Assembly: GCA_019358915.1 (NCBI GenBank)
Contig: JAHHIM010000041.1
Span: 1 to 32,866, forward strand
From: Trichormus sp. ATA11-4-KO1
Lineage (GTDB): Bacteria; Cyanobacteriota; Cyanobacteriia; Cyanobacteriales; Nostocaceae
DNA: 32,866 nucleotides
Reading direction: 5' to 3'
Positions within the stretch are counted from its first letter, which is position 1. Every line of letters begins with the position of its first letter. The notes beneath the pieces are model-generated. The model did not search any database and was not told the DNA's origin. It saw only the letters and a list, made by a program, of their open reading frames with translations. Shown here one piece after another: positions 32,797-32,866 of the stretch. The position numbers were made by a program, and so were the translations under genes.

Positions 32797-32866
32797 TACG
32801 GATCATTGCAAGGTAGAGAAAGGTTTCTGAAGTTTCGGGCAATAATTCATAATCTCTGGCCAATCG
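32741..32866 (-). mobile_element. IS5-family (IS1031-like) insertion sequence, right end; continues beyond the window
   Basis: Terminal sequence GAGGATGTTTGAAAAGT (32741-32757), preceded by TCA (32738-32740, fitting the TNA target of the IS1031 group); transposase C-terminus on the minus strand. Confidence 0.88.
32774..32866 (-). CDS. IS5-family transposase, C-terminal 30 aa (partial)
   Basis: Minus-strand translation RLARDYELLPETSETFLYLAMIRIMVKRLA* matches the RL.RDYE...AMI..M..RLA end of IS5/IS1031 transposases. Confidence 0.9.
   Translation of the reverse strand, partial: RLARDYELLPETSETFLYLAMIRIMVKRLA

Overview
AT-rich window from a cyanobacterium, probably a filamentous heterocystous one (14 HIP1 GCGATCGC sites counted by eye, G-rich octamer repeats, a domain resembling Anabaena NucA). 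It holds a 243-aa hypothetical gene (690-1421) followed by one giant 10,376-aa ORF (1666-32796) that looks like an extracellular adhesin/toxin. Its domains in order: metzincin-type Zn-peptidase, PPC, about 30 CARDB repeats with an inserted PA14 domain, beta-propeller, 9 cadherin-like repeats, a vestigial RHS/YD segment, dockerin, Ig and ZU5-like domains; then an AT-rich block lacking HIP1 sites (hydrophobic hairpin, YVTN propeller, degenerate alpha/beta-hydrolase, NucA-type nuclease); then a second Zn-peptidase, cadherin and PKD domains. Most striking feature: a complete pentapeptide-repeat gene with its own Shine-Dalgarno site lies fully nested on the antisense strand (29965-30489), directly after the nuclease domain and codon-aligned with the giant ORF, which stays open through it. 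It is a candidate internal immunity or regulatory gene. The giant gene is interrupted at 32741 by an IS5-family (IS1031-like) element that runs off the window end. All domain calls come from motif recognition by eye; no database searches were run.
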